DNA from: an uncultured cyanobacterium
GTDB lineage: Bacteria > Cyanobacteriota > Cyanobacteriia > Cyanobacteriales > CAWCAG01
Assembly (NCBI GenBank): GCA_963793425.1
Contig: CAWCAG010000005.1
Coordinates: 480,001-544,000 of the forward strand
Length of the DNA stretch: 64,000 nt
Reading direction: 5' to 3'
In this document: positions 21,810-31,583 of the stretch, in pieces
Position numbering within the stretch: the stretch's first letter is position 1
How the letters are laid out: each line of letters begins with the position of its first letter
The notes under the pieces: generated by a model
Database searches by the model: none
The model's input: only the letters and a program-made list of their open reading frames with translations
Told to the model about the DNA's origin: nothing
Translations under genes and position numbers: made by a program

Positions 21810-23624
21810 GCGATCATGATTATCATTATCATTCTCATCAATTAACCAAGCACTACCATCAGTAGGAGCATCTTCATAACTATCATGCCATTGGTCATAG
21901 CACCATTCCCAGAACATTACCGTGCATATCATACAAACCAAAAGCATTAGGGGGAAAGCTGCCTACTTCCGTTGTTTCTTTCCTATATTGCCCTTCTGAT
22001 TCTGAGCCATAGGTACTGTTGCCAGAATAATTTGCTAACTCTGTCGTAATAGTTGCACCAAAATGAAAAGGTGTGGTTGTACCAGCACGACAAGCATATT
22101 CCCACTCTGCTTCGCTAGGTAAGCGATATTCTTCTCCTAACTTTTCTGAGAGTTTCTGACAAAATTCCACCGCCTCCAACCAAGAAACAGCTTCTACCGG
22201 GCGGTTTTCTCCTTCAAATTTAGCAGGATTATTACCCATAATCGCTTGCCATTGAGCTTGAGTAACCGCATACTTACCCAGATAGAAAGAGGGAACATTT
22301 ACTTCATGTTGTGGCTCTTCATTATCTCTTCTCCCTTTCTCATCACAAGGGGAACCCATAAGAAAACTTCCCCCAGGTATTGCCACCATTTCTAAGCTGA
22401 TTCCGTTTCCTAAATCTCCTCGAATATATTCTGCTTCTACTTACTTTGCGACTCATAATTTTGCCACTTTTCATCTACGGTAACGGTTTCGTTAGGCAAG
22501 AAAGTGTTGCGAATCTTTCTATTACTATTAACAGATAATCCTATAGCAACAGCAGTTAATGCACCCAATTTAGCCAAACCACCATAAAGAAATTGCTTCC
22601 TAGTAAAAGTTTGAGTTTGTGTTGCAGGTTGTTGAATCTTGGGTTGTTTGGGTTGAGAAACTTTAGCTGGTTGCTTTTTTACAGCTTGAGAAGGAGGTTT
22701 TTGATAAGTAGTAACTTGTTGCTGTTGAACATGATCAATCGCATCAACCGCAGCAATTAACTCCTCTGCCTTTTGATAACGCTGTTTCGGGAAATGCTCT
22801 AACATTTTGTCCAAAACTTCCCCTAACTCCTTCCTAACTCTCCCTCCCTTCTCTCGCCATAACCACCTCGCTTCATCAGCATCATACAATTCATCCTGGA
22901 TATCTCCAGGATTATCAAAATTGGGTAAACAACCAGTCAATAAACGGATAGAGGTAGCCCCCAAGCTATAAATATCACTGGCACAACGAGGTTTGCCAAT
23001 GACTTGTTCATAAGGTGCATAACCAGCCGTATAAAGAACTGTGCCAGAAATACTTACCGTTTGGAGATGGTGCTTAACTCCCCCAAAATCTATCAGAAAG
23101 ATTTTACCATCACTGCGACGACGCATAATGTTTTCTGGTCTAATATCTCGGTGTAATAATCCCTGTCGGTGAATGTATTGCAATACAGGTAAGAAATCTC
23201 GGAGAAACTCTAATAATTTCTGCTCATTAAAAGCCCCTTCCTTAAGCAACTCCTTAAGCAAATTCTCCCCTTCCACATAATCCTGCACCAAATAGATAGA
23301 ATTATCTTGAGCAAAATAAGCTTGCAAACGGGGAATTTGAGGATGATCTAAGTCGTAGAGACTTTTTCCTTCCTGTTCAAATAATTCCTTTGCTTTGCTT
23401 CCCTGTGCCTCGGCAATAAACTTTTTGATTACACAGAGACTATCAAAACGATCTTTATTCTTCGCTAAATAAGTCCTACCAAAAGCACCTTGACCCAAAA
23501 CTTTAACAACTTCATAACGTCCCCGAAATAAAGGTTGTTGCCATAAACTCAAACCACAACCTTGACAAAACTGATTACTATCGGGATTTTCGGGACTAGA
23601 ACAAGCCGGGTTGCAACAGTACAT
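21678..23624 (-). pseudogene. Ser/Thr protein kinase fused to an FGE-sulfatase (SUMF1, CLec-fold) domain; three +1 frameshifts, possibly assembly artefacts
   Basis: N-terminal Cys cluster (YCCNPAC...FCQGCG), kinase motifs LGQGAFG, HRDIRPEN, IDFGG; TM-like segment; FGE motifs [49 protein letters not shown]. Frame breaks near 22466, 22437 and 21912. Confidence 0.88.
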
Positions 23625-23751
23625 ATTGGTTAAACAATATCACTATCTCAGTTTACCTGATTTCACCGTAATTGCTCAAAAGATTGTAGTGGAATCGCTA
23701 AGTTTTTTTAAGGGTAAGTTTTTTGAGATTTGAAGCAGCAACATGATGTTT

Positions 23752-23831
23752 ATTGAAAAGTTTGATATTAACTCTATTAAGAATACAGAGACAAATTTAA
23801 ACAAAAACCTGACAAACATTCTTCACCCTGC
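23752..23831 (-). pseudogene. Remnant 3' end of a Uma2 gene (80-bp direct repeat of 20430-20509)
   Basis: About 69/80 identical to the end of Uma2 20455..21027 plus its downstream flank. Confidence 0.75.
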
Positions 23832-23868
23832 TTAAAGAAAATTGCCAGGGCTTATTAACTATTGCTGC

Positions 23869-24486
23869 TCAAACTTCCCAAATTCGAGACAAATCTAAAA
23901 CAAAACCGGGTAATACTTCCTCACCAGATAACTCAACGGGATTCTCCAGCACTTCTACCTCTTTTCCCAGGCGATAAATTTCTACTTGTCGCTGCTGAGG
24001 ATTAAGTAACCAACCTAGCTTTGCACCGTTGTCAAGGTACTCTTTCATCTTCTGTTGTAAGGATTTGAGAGTATCTGAATTAGAACGCAATTCTACAACA
24101 AAATCAGGACAGATATTCGGAAAAGTACTTTTTTGTTCTAGAGTGAGAGCATCCCAACGTTGCCGACTAATCCAACAAGCATCAGGGCTACGAATCGCTC
24201 CATTCGGTAATGTGAAACCTGTAGAAGAATCAAAAGCTTTACCCAATTCTCTGTTTCCTTCATGCCAAAGATAAATTTGCCCGGTAAGGCTGTAATTGCG
24301 TTCTCCTGTTTCCCAACCTGTTGGCGGATTCACGGTTAATTCTCCTTGTGCAGTCCTTTCTATTCTTAGCTCCGGGTTAACTGCGGCAAGGGCAGCAAAT
24401 TGCTCTTGGGTAACGTGGAGTGCAATATCCCTTGGTAGTTCAATTGATAGGGTGCCGGTTTCGGGTTTAGTTGATATTTGTACCAT
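23869..24486 (-). CDS. Uma2-family putative endonuclease
   Basis: RSPDACWI, CPDFVVELRS, KMKEYLDNG. Confidence 0.93.
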   Translation of the reverse strand: MVQISTKPETGTLSIELPRDIALHVTQEQFAALAAVNPELRIERTAQGELTVNPPTGWETGERNYSLTGQIYLWHEGNRELGKAFDSSTGFTLPNGAIRSPDACWISRQRWDALTLEQKSTFPNICPDFVVELRSNSDTLKSLQQKMKEYLDNGAKLGWLLNPQQRQVEIYRLGKEVEVLENPVELSGEEVLPGFVLDLSRIWEV

Positions 24487-24610
24487 CTTAACTCTTTACT
24501 ATGACATTCTACAGTTATAGCGATGCCTACGACGCGCTAGTAGTTATCACAGCTAACATTACCGAGATTGAAGACAATTGGTAGAAATTCGGCAGCCAAC
24601 AGTTAACTTT

Positions 24611-25225
24611 TTAACCCCAAATTCGAGACAAATCTAAAACAAAACCGGGTAATACTTCCTCACCAGATAACTCAACGGGATTCTCCAGCACTTCTACCTC
24701 TTTTCCTGAACGATAAATTTCTACTTGTCGCTGCTGAGGATTAAGTAACCAACCTAGCTTTGCACCGTTGTCAAGGTACTCTTTCATCTTCTCTTGTAGG
24801 GATTTGAGAGTGTCTGAATTAGAACGCAATTCTACAACAAAATCAGGACAGATATGAGGAAAAGTACTTTTTTGTTCTAGAGTGAGAGCATCCCAACGTT
24901 GCCGACTAATCCAACAAGCATCAGGGCTACGAATTGCCCCATTCGGTAAGGTGAAACCTGTAGAAGAATCAAAAGCTTTACCCAATTCTTTATTTGCTTC
25001 GTGCCAATAATCGAGTTGCCCGGTAAGGCTGCGATTGCGTTCTCCACTTTGCCAACCTGTTGGCGGATTCACGATTAATTCTCCATGTAAAGTTCTTTCC
25101 ATTCTTAACTCCCGGTTAACTGCGGCTAGGGCAACAAATTGCTCTGGAGTGACGTGGAGTGTAATCGCCCTTGGCAGTTCAATTGATAGGGTTTCCGTTT
25201 CAGGTTTAGTTGATGCTTGTACCAT
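24611..25225 (-). CDS. Uma2-family putative endonuclease (tandem paralog)
   Basis: Near-identical to 23869..24486 over the C-terminal two thirds. Confidence 0.93.
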   Translation of the reverse strand: MVQASTKPETETLSIELPRAITLHVTPEQFVALAAVNRELRMERTLHGELIVNPPTGWQSGERNRSLTGQLDYWHEANKELGKAFDSSTGFTLPNGAIRSPDACWISRQRWDALTLEQKSTFPHICPDFVVELRSNSDTLKSLQEKMKEYLDNGAKLGWLLNPQQRQVEIYRSGKEVEVLENPVELSGEEVLPGFVLDLSRIWG

Positions 25226-25272
25226 CTTTTATAGCGATATCTACAGCTAAAATACAGAATCTAGATTAAAAC

Positions 25273-25303
25273 AAAAAACCCGCGACTGTGTAATCGCGAG
25301 TTT
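25273..25303 (-). terminator. Rho-independent terminator after psaFJ
   Basis: Minus strand AAACTCGCGATT-acac-AGTCGCGGGTTTTTT stem with T tail. Confidence 0.65.
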
Positions 25304-25352
25304 ACAATAACTATTAAAGCTAATTAAAGCAGTTTTAATTCTTTAACTTACT

Positions 25353-25481
25353 TTAATTAAGTGGGTGGAAAAGTAAGTCAGGGAAAAAGCGATTAAACTC
25401 GATTAAAATGCCAGCAGTAAATGTCAACAAAGCCATAATTAATACTGGCGCGGTGGAAAGAAACTTTTGCAAATCTTTCAT
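25353..25481 (-). CDS. psaJ: Photosystem I subunit IX (absent from the ORF track)
   Basis: Manual translation [42 protein letters not shown]; directly downstream of psaF. Confidence 0.97.
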   Translation of the reverse strand: MKDLQKFLSTAPVLIMALLTFTAGILIEFNRFFPDLLFHPLN

Positions 25482-25517
25482 GATTTGTTCTCCAAAATTA
25501 ATGAACAGCAAGCTTGA

Positions 25518-26018
25518 TTAACGGGGAGAAACAGGAATTTCTGTTTCTTTAGCAGTTAATTCTCCAGAAGTAAGCTGCTTAAGCGCTGCTAGAGGCCAAG
25601 CGAAGCCACTTAGCATATATTTAAGTGCTAAAGGAACATCGATAACCACTTCTTTCATAGCTGCATTTTTGTCGCCTCTGATATCAATTAGATAAGCACG
25701 ACCAACCCAACCAATCCAACCAGCGATATAAAGAAAGAGGATACTAGGAATGAGGAAATCACCAGCACGGCTTAAGCGACCATCTACAATTAAATGGGGT
25801 AGACCTTCTGGTCCACAAAGGGCTTGAGAATAACGCTCTGCTCTTTGTTGTCCAGAATTGGGGTCGTTGGTGGTGTTACGGAAGTTTTTTGCTCTTGCTT
25901 GGAAAGCAGGAGACTCACTACAAGGCACTAAATGTGACAAATTATCCTGAGCCATAGCTTTCGGAGCAAAGCCAAAGCAAAGGGTCACAATTAGAGCCAA
26001 CGCCAATAATTTACGCAT
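25518..26018 (-). CDS. psaF: Photosystem I subunit III
   Basis: [39 protein letters not shown]-terminal VSPR. Confidence 0.98.
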   Translation of the reverse strand: MRKLLALALIVTLCFGFAPKAMAQDNLSHLVPCSESPAFQARAKNFRNTTNDPNSGQQRAERYSQALCGPEGLPHLIVDGRLSRAGDFLIPSILFLYIAGWIGWVGRAYLIDIRGDKNAAMKEVVIDVPLALKYMLSGFAWPLAALKQLTSGELTAKETEIPVSPR

Positions 26019-26171
26019 AGATAATTTGTTTCCTTACATTACGAAACAATAAGTTTTTTGTACAAAGGATTAAAAGATTATTTGTACAACGAAGTGATCT
26101 TACTCTGACACGTTGACACAGTAAAGATTAAGTTACTAAAAGTAGAGTTTAAAATTACATTTATCAACATA

Positions 26172-27221
26172 ATGGTAAAAGTTTTAGCTATAGAAACAAG
26201 TTGTGATGAAACGGCCGTTGCAATTGTTAATAATCGTAAAGTTTTAAGCAATATAGTTGCTTCACAAATTCCTCTACATCGCCTTTATGGTGGTGTCGTC
26301 CCAGAAGTTGCTTCTAGGCAACATTTAGAAGCCATTAATAGTTGCTTAGAACAAGCTTTAGCAGAGGCAAAAATAGATTGGTCTGGTATTGATGGGGTGG
26401 CGGCTACTTGCTGTCCTGGTTTGGTGGGGGCTTTGTTGGTGGGATTAACCACAGCAAAAACTTTAGCTGCTGTACACCAAAAACCTTTTTTGGGGATTCA
26501 TCACCTCGAAGGGCATATTTACGCCACCTATCTTTGTGAACCCCAACTGCAACCCCCTTTCTTATGCTTATTGGTTTCTGGGGGTCATACTAGTTTGATT
26601 AAGGTTCAAGATTGTGGGCAGTATGAAACTCTGGGTAGTACCCGTGATGATGCAGTGGGGGAAGCTTTTGATAAGGTAGCCCGCTTGCTTAATTTAGGTT
26701 ATCCTGGTGGCCCCATTATCGACAAATTGGCACAAACTGGGAATCCTCAAGCTTTCTCTCTGCCCGAAGGCAGGATATCTTTACCCGAAGGTGGCTATCA
26801 CCCTTATGATTCTAGTTTTAGTGGTTTAAAGACCGCTATGCTGCGACTGGTGCAGAAATTAGAGCAAGAAACGGATTCTTCTTCTTTGCCCGTTAATGAT
26901 CTGGCCGCTAGCTTTCAAGAAACTGTGGCGCGATCGCTGGTGAAAAGAACGATTAAATGTGCTTTGGATTGTGGACTTGATACTATTACTGTTGGGGGCG
27001 GTGTTGCTGCTAATAGTGGTTTAAGGAAGCATTTATTAGCAGCCGCCGAAACTCATCAACTTAAGGTTTATTTCCCTCCCCTAAAGTTTTGTACAGATAA
27101 TGCAGCAATGATTGGTTGTGCAGCCGCTGAACATCTTAATAGGGGTGATAGTTCAAGTTTAGCTTTGGGGGCAAATTCAAGACTATCTTTGAGTGAAGTG
27201 ATGACACTGTACCAAGGTTAG
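26172..27221 (+). CDS. tsaD: tRNA threonylcarbamoyladenosine biosynthesis protein TsaD
   Basis: IETSCDET, GGVVPEVASRQH, HHLEGH, SGGHT, TDNAAMI. Confidence 0.97.
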   Translation: MVKVLAIETSCDETAVAIVNNRKVLSNIVASQIPLHRLYGGVVPEVASRQHLEAINSCLEQALAEAKIDWSGIDGVAATCCPGLVGALLVGLTTAKTLAAVHQKPFLGIHHLEGHIYATYLCEPQLQPPFLCLLVSGGHTSLIKVQDCGQYETLGSTRDDAVGEAFDKVARLLNLGYPGGPIIDKLAQTGNPQAFSLPEGRISLPEGGYHPYDSSFSGLKTAMLRLVQKLEQETDSSSLPVNDLAASFQETVARSLVKRTIKCALDCGLDTITVGGGVAANSGLRKHLLAAAETHQLKVYFPPLKFCTDNAAMIGCAAAEHLNRGDSSSLALGANSRLSLSEVMTLYQG

Positions 27222-27313
27222 TAAACCTTACTTGACTTCTCGTGGTTGTTCACGGTTAAATCTTTTTGAGCTAACAGGTTTTTGGTTTTTTGAGGAATGA
27301 GAATAATTGCTCC

Positions 27314-28807
27314 CTAACTTTTGATAATGGCTTCACCCCGTTGATAAAGTTGACGGGCATAATCTGTCCAAGTACCTTGCCCCCAATACCGGAAACAGCT
27401 AGTTTCTAACAAGAGGTTGTATAACAAAGCTTCTTGATAATCAGGCTGTTGGGTTACTTGAGGATTTTGCTGCACCAAGGGATCATATTTTTGGTGAAAC
27501 AAAGCACTTAATTTGTTCATGGGTTCTAAAACATTTTCGTAACCCTTAACCCAACTTAAATCATTTGTCCAAGAAGCCCCATCGGTATGGAATTGCTGAT
27601 CATTTGCTTGTAAATCTTTAATTGCTTGTTCTACTTTTTCTGGTGTTGCTTGATCTTGATCTACTTGTTGCCAAATTTTGTGTTGCCCTACTCCTTGGCA
27701 AGTAGGATAATCTTCTGGTTTGATACCTGCTTGGGTAAGTAATTCTAAATATTCTGTGCCATTAACCCCTACAACTCCAGCTTGGGCATTTTCCTTGATT
27801 TTGTACCAAACAGGAGAGAAATCTCTGGGAAATTCGTTCATCATCACCCCACCATTTTCCCCGTCAGCAATTTGCGTGACGCAGCCTGGCACAGTTCCAT
27901 TGCCAATTTTTTGCTTGTCTCGACTTTTGGCTTCATGATATGGTTGCATCTGGGCTACTAATTTAGTATCTGAACCTTGGGTTTTAATTAAGGCAGTGAT
28001 ACTAATGGTTTCTCCTTGGGAGTTGCAAGCGACTAAACGATTGGGAATATATTTATCATCTTGGTGAAGCGGCGAACCATCTAACCTTTCTACAGAATGT
28101 TCTTGCACCATTAGCCAACGATAGCCGCATTCTTTTAAGGCTTTGATATATTCATAGAGGGTATCAGGATGATTAGGTAAACCCATTTCCGGAGGAGAAA
28201 AGCCTTTTACCCTAGCTAAAGCTTCATAACCAAAGATAGCAGCGAAGTAATGTTGCCAAGCTTGGATGTGGAGTTTAAGATCAGGAATTGGTGTAGAAGG
28301 TACAACAGCATGACTCCACATTGTTCCTAACCATTCTACGTAGGGTTGATATTGGCGATCGCAGGTTATACGTTTAAGGTTATTGAGGACATCATCTCGT
28401 CCCATTTGTTGCAAACCCCACAAAAGGTTGCCAGAATAATCTAACATGATGCGAGGGTTACAACCGTTGTCAACTAATTCAGGAATAAATTCTCCCATAC
28501 GTCCATAACACCAAGCAAAGGTTTCGGCGTTGTGATTATCCCCTTGGTTAGGATGTTCAAACATATGTTGGAGATTGTTGATTAATTCTCCATTTGCCCC
28601 AGCAGGAATGGTAGGTTGGTGCATATGCAAGGCACAGGCAAACCCAGCTTTTATGTCTTCGCAACGCAAGTTTGTTGTTGGTAAAAACACTGGTTCATTA
28701 TGATTAACTATGGTGTTGATTTCCTTTTCATTACCGCAAATATTGGGTAAACCTGATTTTAATGGCTTTAGATTGGGTAAATTAGGGGATTGTGTTGTGG
28801 CGATCAT
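27314..28807 (-). CDS. Glycoside hydrolase family 57 protein
   Basis: LHMHQP, GFSPPEM, DGENGG and ETSCFRYWG conserved regions. Confidence 0.88.
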   Translation of the reverse strand: MIATTQSPNLPNLKPLKSGLPNICGNEKEINTIVNHNEPVFLPTTNLRCEDIKAGFACALHMHQPTIPAGANGELINNLQHMFEHPNQGDNHNAETFAWCYGRMGEFIPELVDNGCNPRIMLDYSGNLLWGLQQMGRDDVLNNLKRITCDRQYQPYVEWLGTMWSHAVVPSTPIPDLKLHIQAWQHYFAAIFGYEALARVKGFSPPEMGLPNHPDTLYEYIKALKECGYRWLMVQEHSVERLDGSPLHQDDKYIPNRLVACNSQGETISITALIKTQGSDTKLVAQMQPYHEAKSRDKQKIGNGTVPGCVTQIADGENGGVMMNEFPRDFSPVWYKIKENAQAGVVGVNGTEYLELLTQAGIKPEDYPTCQGVGQHKIWQQVDQDQATPEKVEQAIKDLQANDQQFHTDGASWTNDLSWVKGYENVLEPMNKLSALFHQKYDPLVQQNPQVTQQPDYQEALLYNLLLETSCFRYWGQGTWTDYARQLYQRGEAIIKS

Positions 28808-28845
28808 AGAATTTTTTTCAGAATAAGTTTTTGTTAAGGCTGATG

Positions 28846-28956
28846 TATAGCAATTTTAAGTCACATGAGTTACCTTACTCTATTTCCACGCTTCTATTAG
28901 CTATTAGCAAAAACCAGAATCTAGGCTGTACCTCACGCTTAATCTGAATGGCTACA
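28846..28956. repeat. Degenerate MITE-like element with imperfect terminal inverted repeats
   Basis: TATAGCAATT...CATGAGTTAC versus GTACCTCAC...AATGGCTACA; internal ctattag repeats. Confidence 0.45.
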
Positions 28957-29065
28957 GAATAATTTCTTGCTTAAGGTGTTTGACATTTATCATTAAGCAT
29001 TTAATCATTTATTATGTAAATTTTAATTCATAACCAAAGCAAGAATATTCTTTCCCTATTACTTA

Positions 29066-30217
29066 ATGAACCAAAATATTTTACTTACTGGAGGCAGAAT
29101 GACTGCCACTTTAGCTTTGGCAAGGCTATTTTCTGCTGCTGGTTACAGAGTATTTGTTGTTGATAGTTTCAAGAATTTTATTTGTAGCTATTCTCGCGCT
29201 ACAGTTAAAGGTTTTGTTGTACCTTCACCTCGCTATGATACTAGCAACTATATCAAAGCTTTACAAAGCATTATTCAAAAAGAGAAAATTGGCTTACTTA
29301 TCCCTACTTCTGAGGAGATTTTTTATTTATCTAGTTATTTGGAAGAGTTAGAACCTTTATGTACAGTTTTTGCTGCATCTTTACCTAATTTACGACAGTT
29401 ATACAATAAATGGACATTTATTCAAACAGCCAAAACTTTAGGATTGTTAGTACCGAAAACTTGGTTAATTAAGTCTCGCCAAGATTTAGCTTCTTGTTTG
29501 AGGATGGCTACACCTTCTCAGCTAATTCTCAAGCCTGTATATTCCCGTTTAGGAAGAAATATACATTTGTTCAATCAACCAGTAGAGAGGCTACCTAAAT
29601 TAGAGATTGAAGAAAAGCAACCCTGGGTTTTACAAGAATTTATTCCTGGGCAAGAATATACTACTTATAGTGTTGCTCAGCAAGGTGAGTTGAAAGCTCA
29701 TGTCACTCATTTGAGGTCATCTTCTTTGAGTCCTGTAGATTCTTGGTCAGAATTAGTTGCAGTTAAGGAAACAAAGATATTAAATTGGGTTGTTGATTTT
29801 GTCAAAGCGAAGCAGTTTACTGGGCAAATAGCTTTTAATTTTATTGTTGATGAATATGATGATATTTACCCTGTAGGATGCAACTTACAGCTAACCAAAG
29901 CTATACATTTATTTCATCATCAGGATGGATTGACAGAAGCTTTTCTAAATACAGACGAGGATGTAATTCAGCCCCAAAAACAGCTTAAAATTACTAGTTC
30001 CTTAGCTACAATTCACAAAGGCTTATTTCCCAAGATTATTCCTCAAAAACTCAAACAAGGTGGGCAAACTTTAACTCAAACTCAAGATGAAGTTTTTCGC
30101 TTAAGCAATCCTCTTCCTGCTTATGTATTTTTTAAAGGGTATCTTAACAGTAATGACACAGAATTTTTTGCTCAAGATTTAGAATGGGATGGAGAAGAGA
30201 TTACTAAGAAAAATTAA
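29066..30217 (+). CDS. ATP-grasp domain protein (degenerate active site)
   Basis: ILLTGGR, LLIPTSEE, NKWTF, VPKTW, LKPVYSR, LQEFIPGQEY, FTGQIAFNF. Confidence 0.8.
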   Translation: MNQNILLTGGRMTATLALARLFSAAGYRVFVVDSFKNFICSYSRATVKGFVVPSPRYDTSNYIKALQSIIQKEKIGLLIPTSEEIFYLSSYLEELEPLCTVFAASLPNLRQLYNKWTFIQTAKTLGLLVPKTWLIKSRQDLASCLRMATPSQLILKPVYSRLGRNIHLFNQPVERLPKLEIEEKQPWVLQEFIPGQEYTTYSVAQQGELKAHVTHLRSSSLSPVDSWSELVAVKETKILNWVVDFVKAKQFTGQIAFNFIVDEYDDIYPVGCNLQLTKAIHLFHHQDGLTEAFLNTDEDVIQPQKQLKITSSLATIHKGLFPKIIPQKLKQGGQTLTQTQDEVFRLSNPLPAYVFFKGYLNSNDTEFFAQDLEWDGEEITKKN

Positions 30218-30422
30218 TTTGAGCCAAGTAACAGCCCCTTTCTTCTTCATATTGCCAAGCTACAGATTCAGGATCTCTTTGCTTACTCCATTGAGAAAAG
30301 TTAGCTTGCTTTTTTAGTTGTGCCAAAGTTGAAGGATCAACTCCCAATCTAATAGCTAATTCTTCTTGTTTCATCCCTTGCATAATTTGTTCAAGAGAGT
30401 TTGGTTCTTGATTAGAGTTCAT
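30204..30422 (-). CDS. Small HTH-like hypothetical protein
   Basis: KQEELAIRLGVDPSTL...FSQWSKQRDPESVAWQY; resembles 9748..9987. Confidence 0.75.
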   Translation of the reverse strand: MNSNQEPNSLEQIMQGMKQEELAIRLGVDPSTLAQLKKQANFSQWSKQRDPESVAWQYEEERGCYLAQINFS

Positions 30423-30548
30423 AGTTTTATTGATTAATTGGTTATAATTGGAGAAAAACAGAGCCGCCCCTAGATACTAAGTTGAGATTTATAGGGATTT
30501 TTCTAAGTTAGAGAAAAAGTTGTCATTATAAGGACGAATACCAAACAA

Positions 30549-31077
30549 ATGATTTTTTCCTGGAAAAAAACTGCGATCGCTTTCACTTTAGCATTATCTG
30601 CATTATCTCTTAACAGTTGTGGTAAGAGTACTTCAGACAAATCAGTAGGGAGTTCTGCTTCTCCTGATCTAGAAGAATCTGTCTCTGAGCAAAAGGTTCC
30701 TGAGAAAAAAGCTCAAGCAAAAGCTGATAATAACCAAGATTTACTCCTAGGTAAATGGCAGATTGTCAAGTTAGTAGAAAATGGACAAGAAGTTTCTCTT
30801 GAGGAGATATTAGCTGAGATTGCTGAAACAGGAGATGCAGAAAGTGCGGAAGAAACAGCCCAAGGCATGACTGGGGAATTTGAAGAGGATGGTAAGTTTA
30901 GGTTGGCTGAGCGAAGAAGGTACTTATCAAGTCGAAGGGGATACACTGATTTTGCAAGATCCTACCAAAGAGGAGCCAATTAACCTGAATTTCCGGGTTT
31001 CTGAGACTGAATTAGTGGCTTACAATGCCCAAGAAGAAGAAAATAAAGTAGAAGTATATTTTAAAAGATTGGAATAG
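30549..31077 (+). pseudogene. Lipoprotein with lipocalin-like domain; +1 frameshift near 30912
   Basis: Lipobox LNSC; LLGKWQIVK...EFEEDGKF continues as EEGTYQVEGDTLIL...VYFKR in the next frame. Confidence 0.7.
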
Positions 31078-31284
31078 TTAATAATTAGTTGATTTGTTAA
31101 GAGTTTGGTAACTCTTGTTGCATCTTGTGTACTCTCGATCTGTAATCATTTAGATCGGGTATCTTGGTGAAAGTAGATAATTAAACCTTGAAAAATGATT
31201 AATTATCTACTGGTTTAAGCAGATTTACCCTGTCTCGACCTATAACCATATACGGACTTTTTCCCTTAATTACTCGGAGGCTTT

Positions 31285-31494
31285 ATGAGTCCCACGTTAC
31301 TGCGCCAACTATGGTCTTTAGTTGAAAACACTCAAGCAAACACTCTTTTGGGACTAGATGATACAAGTCTGGTTCGCTGGCTACTAAGGCAGCTAGAAAA
31401 GCGTCGTGATCTTGAAAGAGATGAAACTGATATTTTGAGTGATTATATATATTCTAAGCTTTCTTTGATTAGGGATCTAGCTCAACAAAGGTAA
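31285..31494 (+). CDS. Small hypothetical protein of cyanobacterial type
   Basis: GGAGG RBS upstream; MSPTLLRQLWSLVE...KLSLIRDLA. Confidence 0.8.
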   Translation: MSPTLLRQLWSLVENTQANTLLGLDDTSLVRWLLRQLEKRRDLERDETDILSDYIYSKLSLIRDLAQQR

Positions 31495-31583
31495 TAAACA
31501 GGGAGTAGGAAGTAAAGAGTAGGGAATATTAGAGAAAAGGTTGAGAATGAGAAATTTATCAATATTCCCCAATCCCTCTTCGG

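Noticed and set aside
21524..21841. 105-aa ORF overlapping the FGE 3' end
   Set aside because: Alternative frame of the VR and downstream repeat tract.
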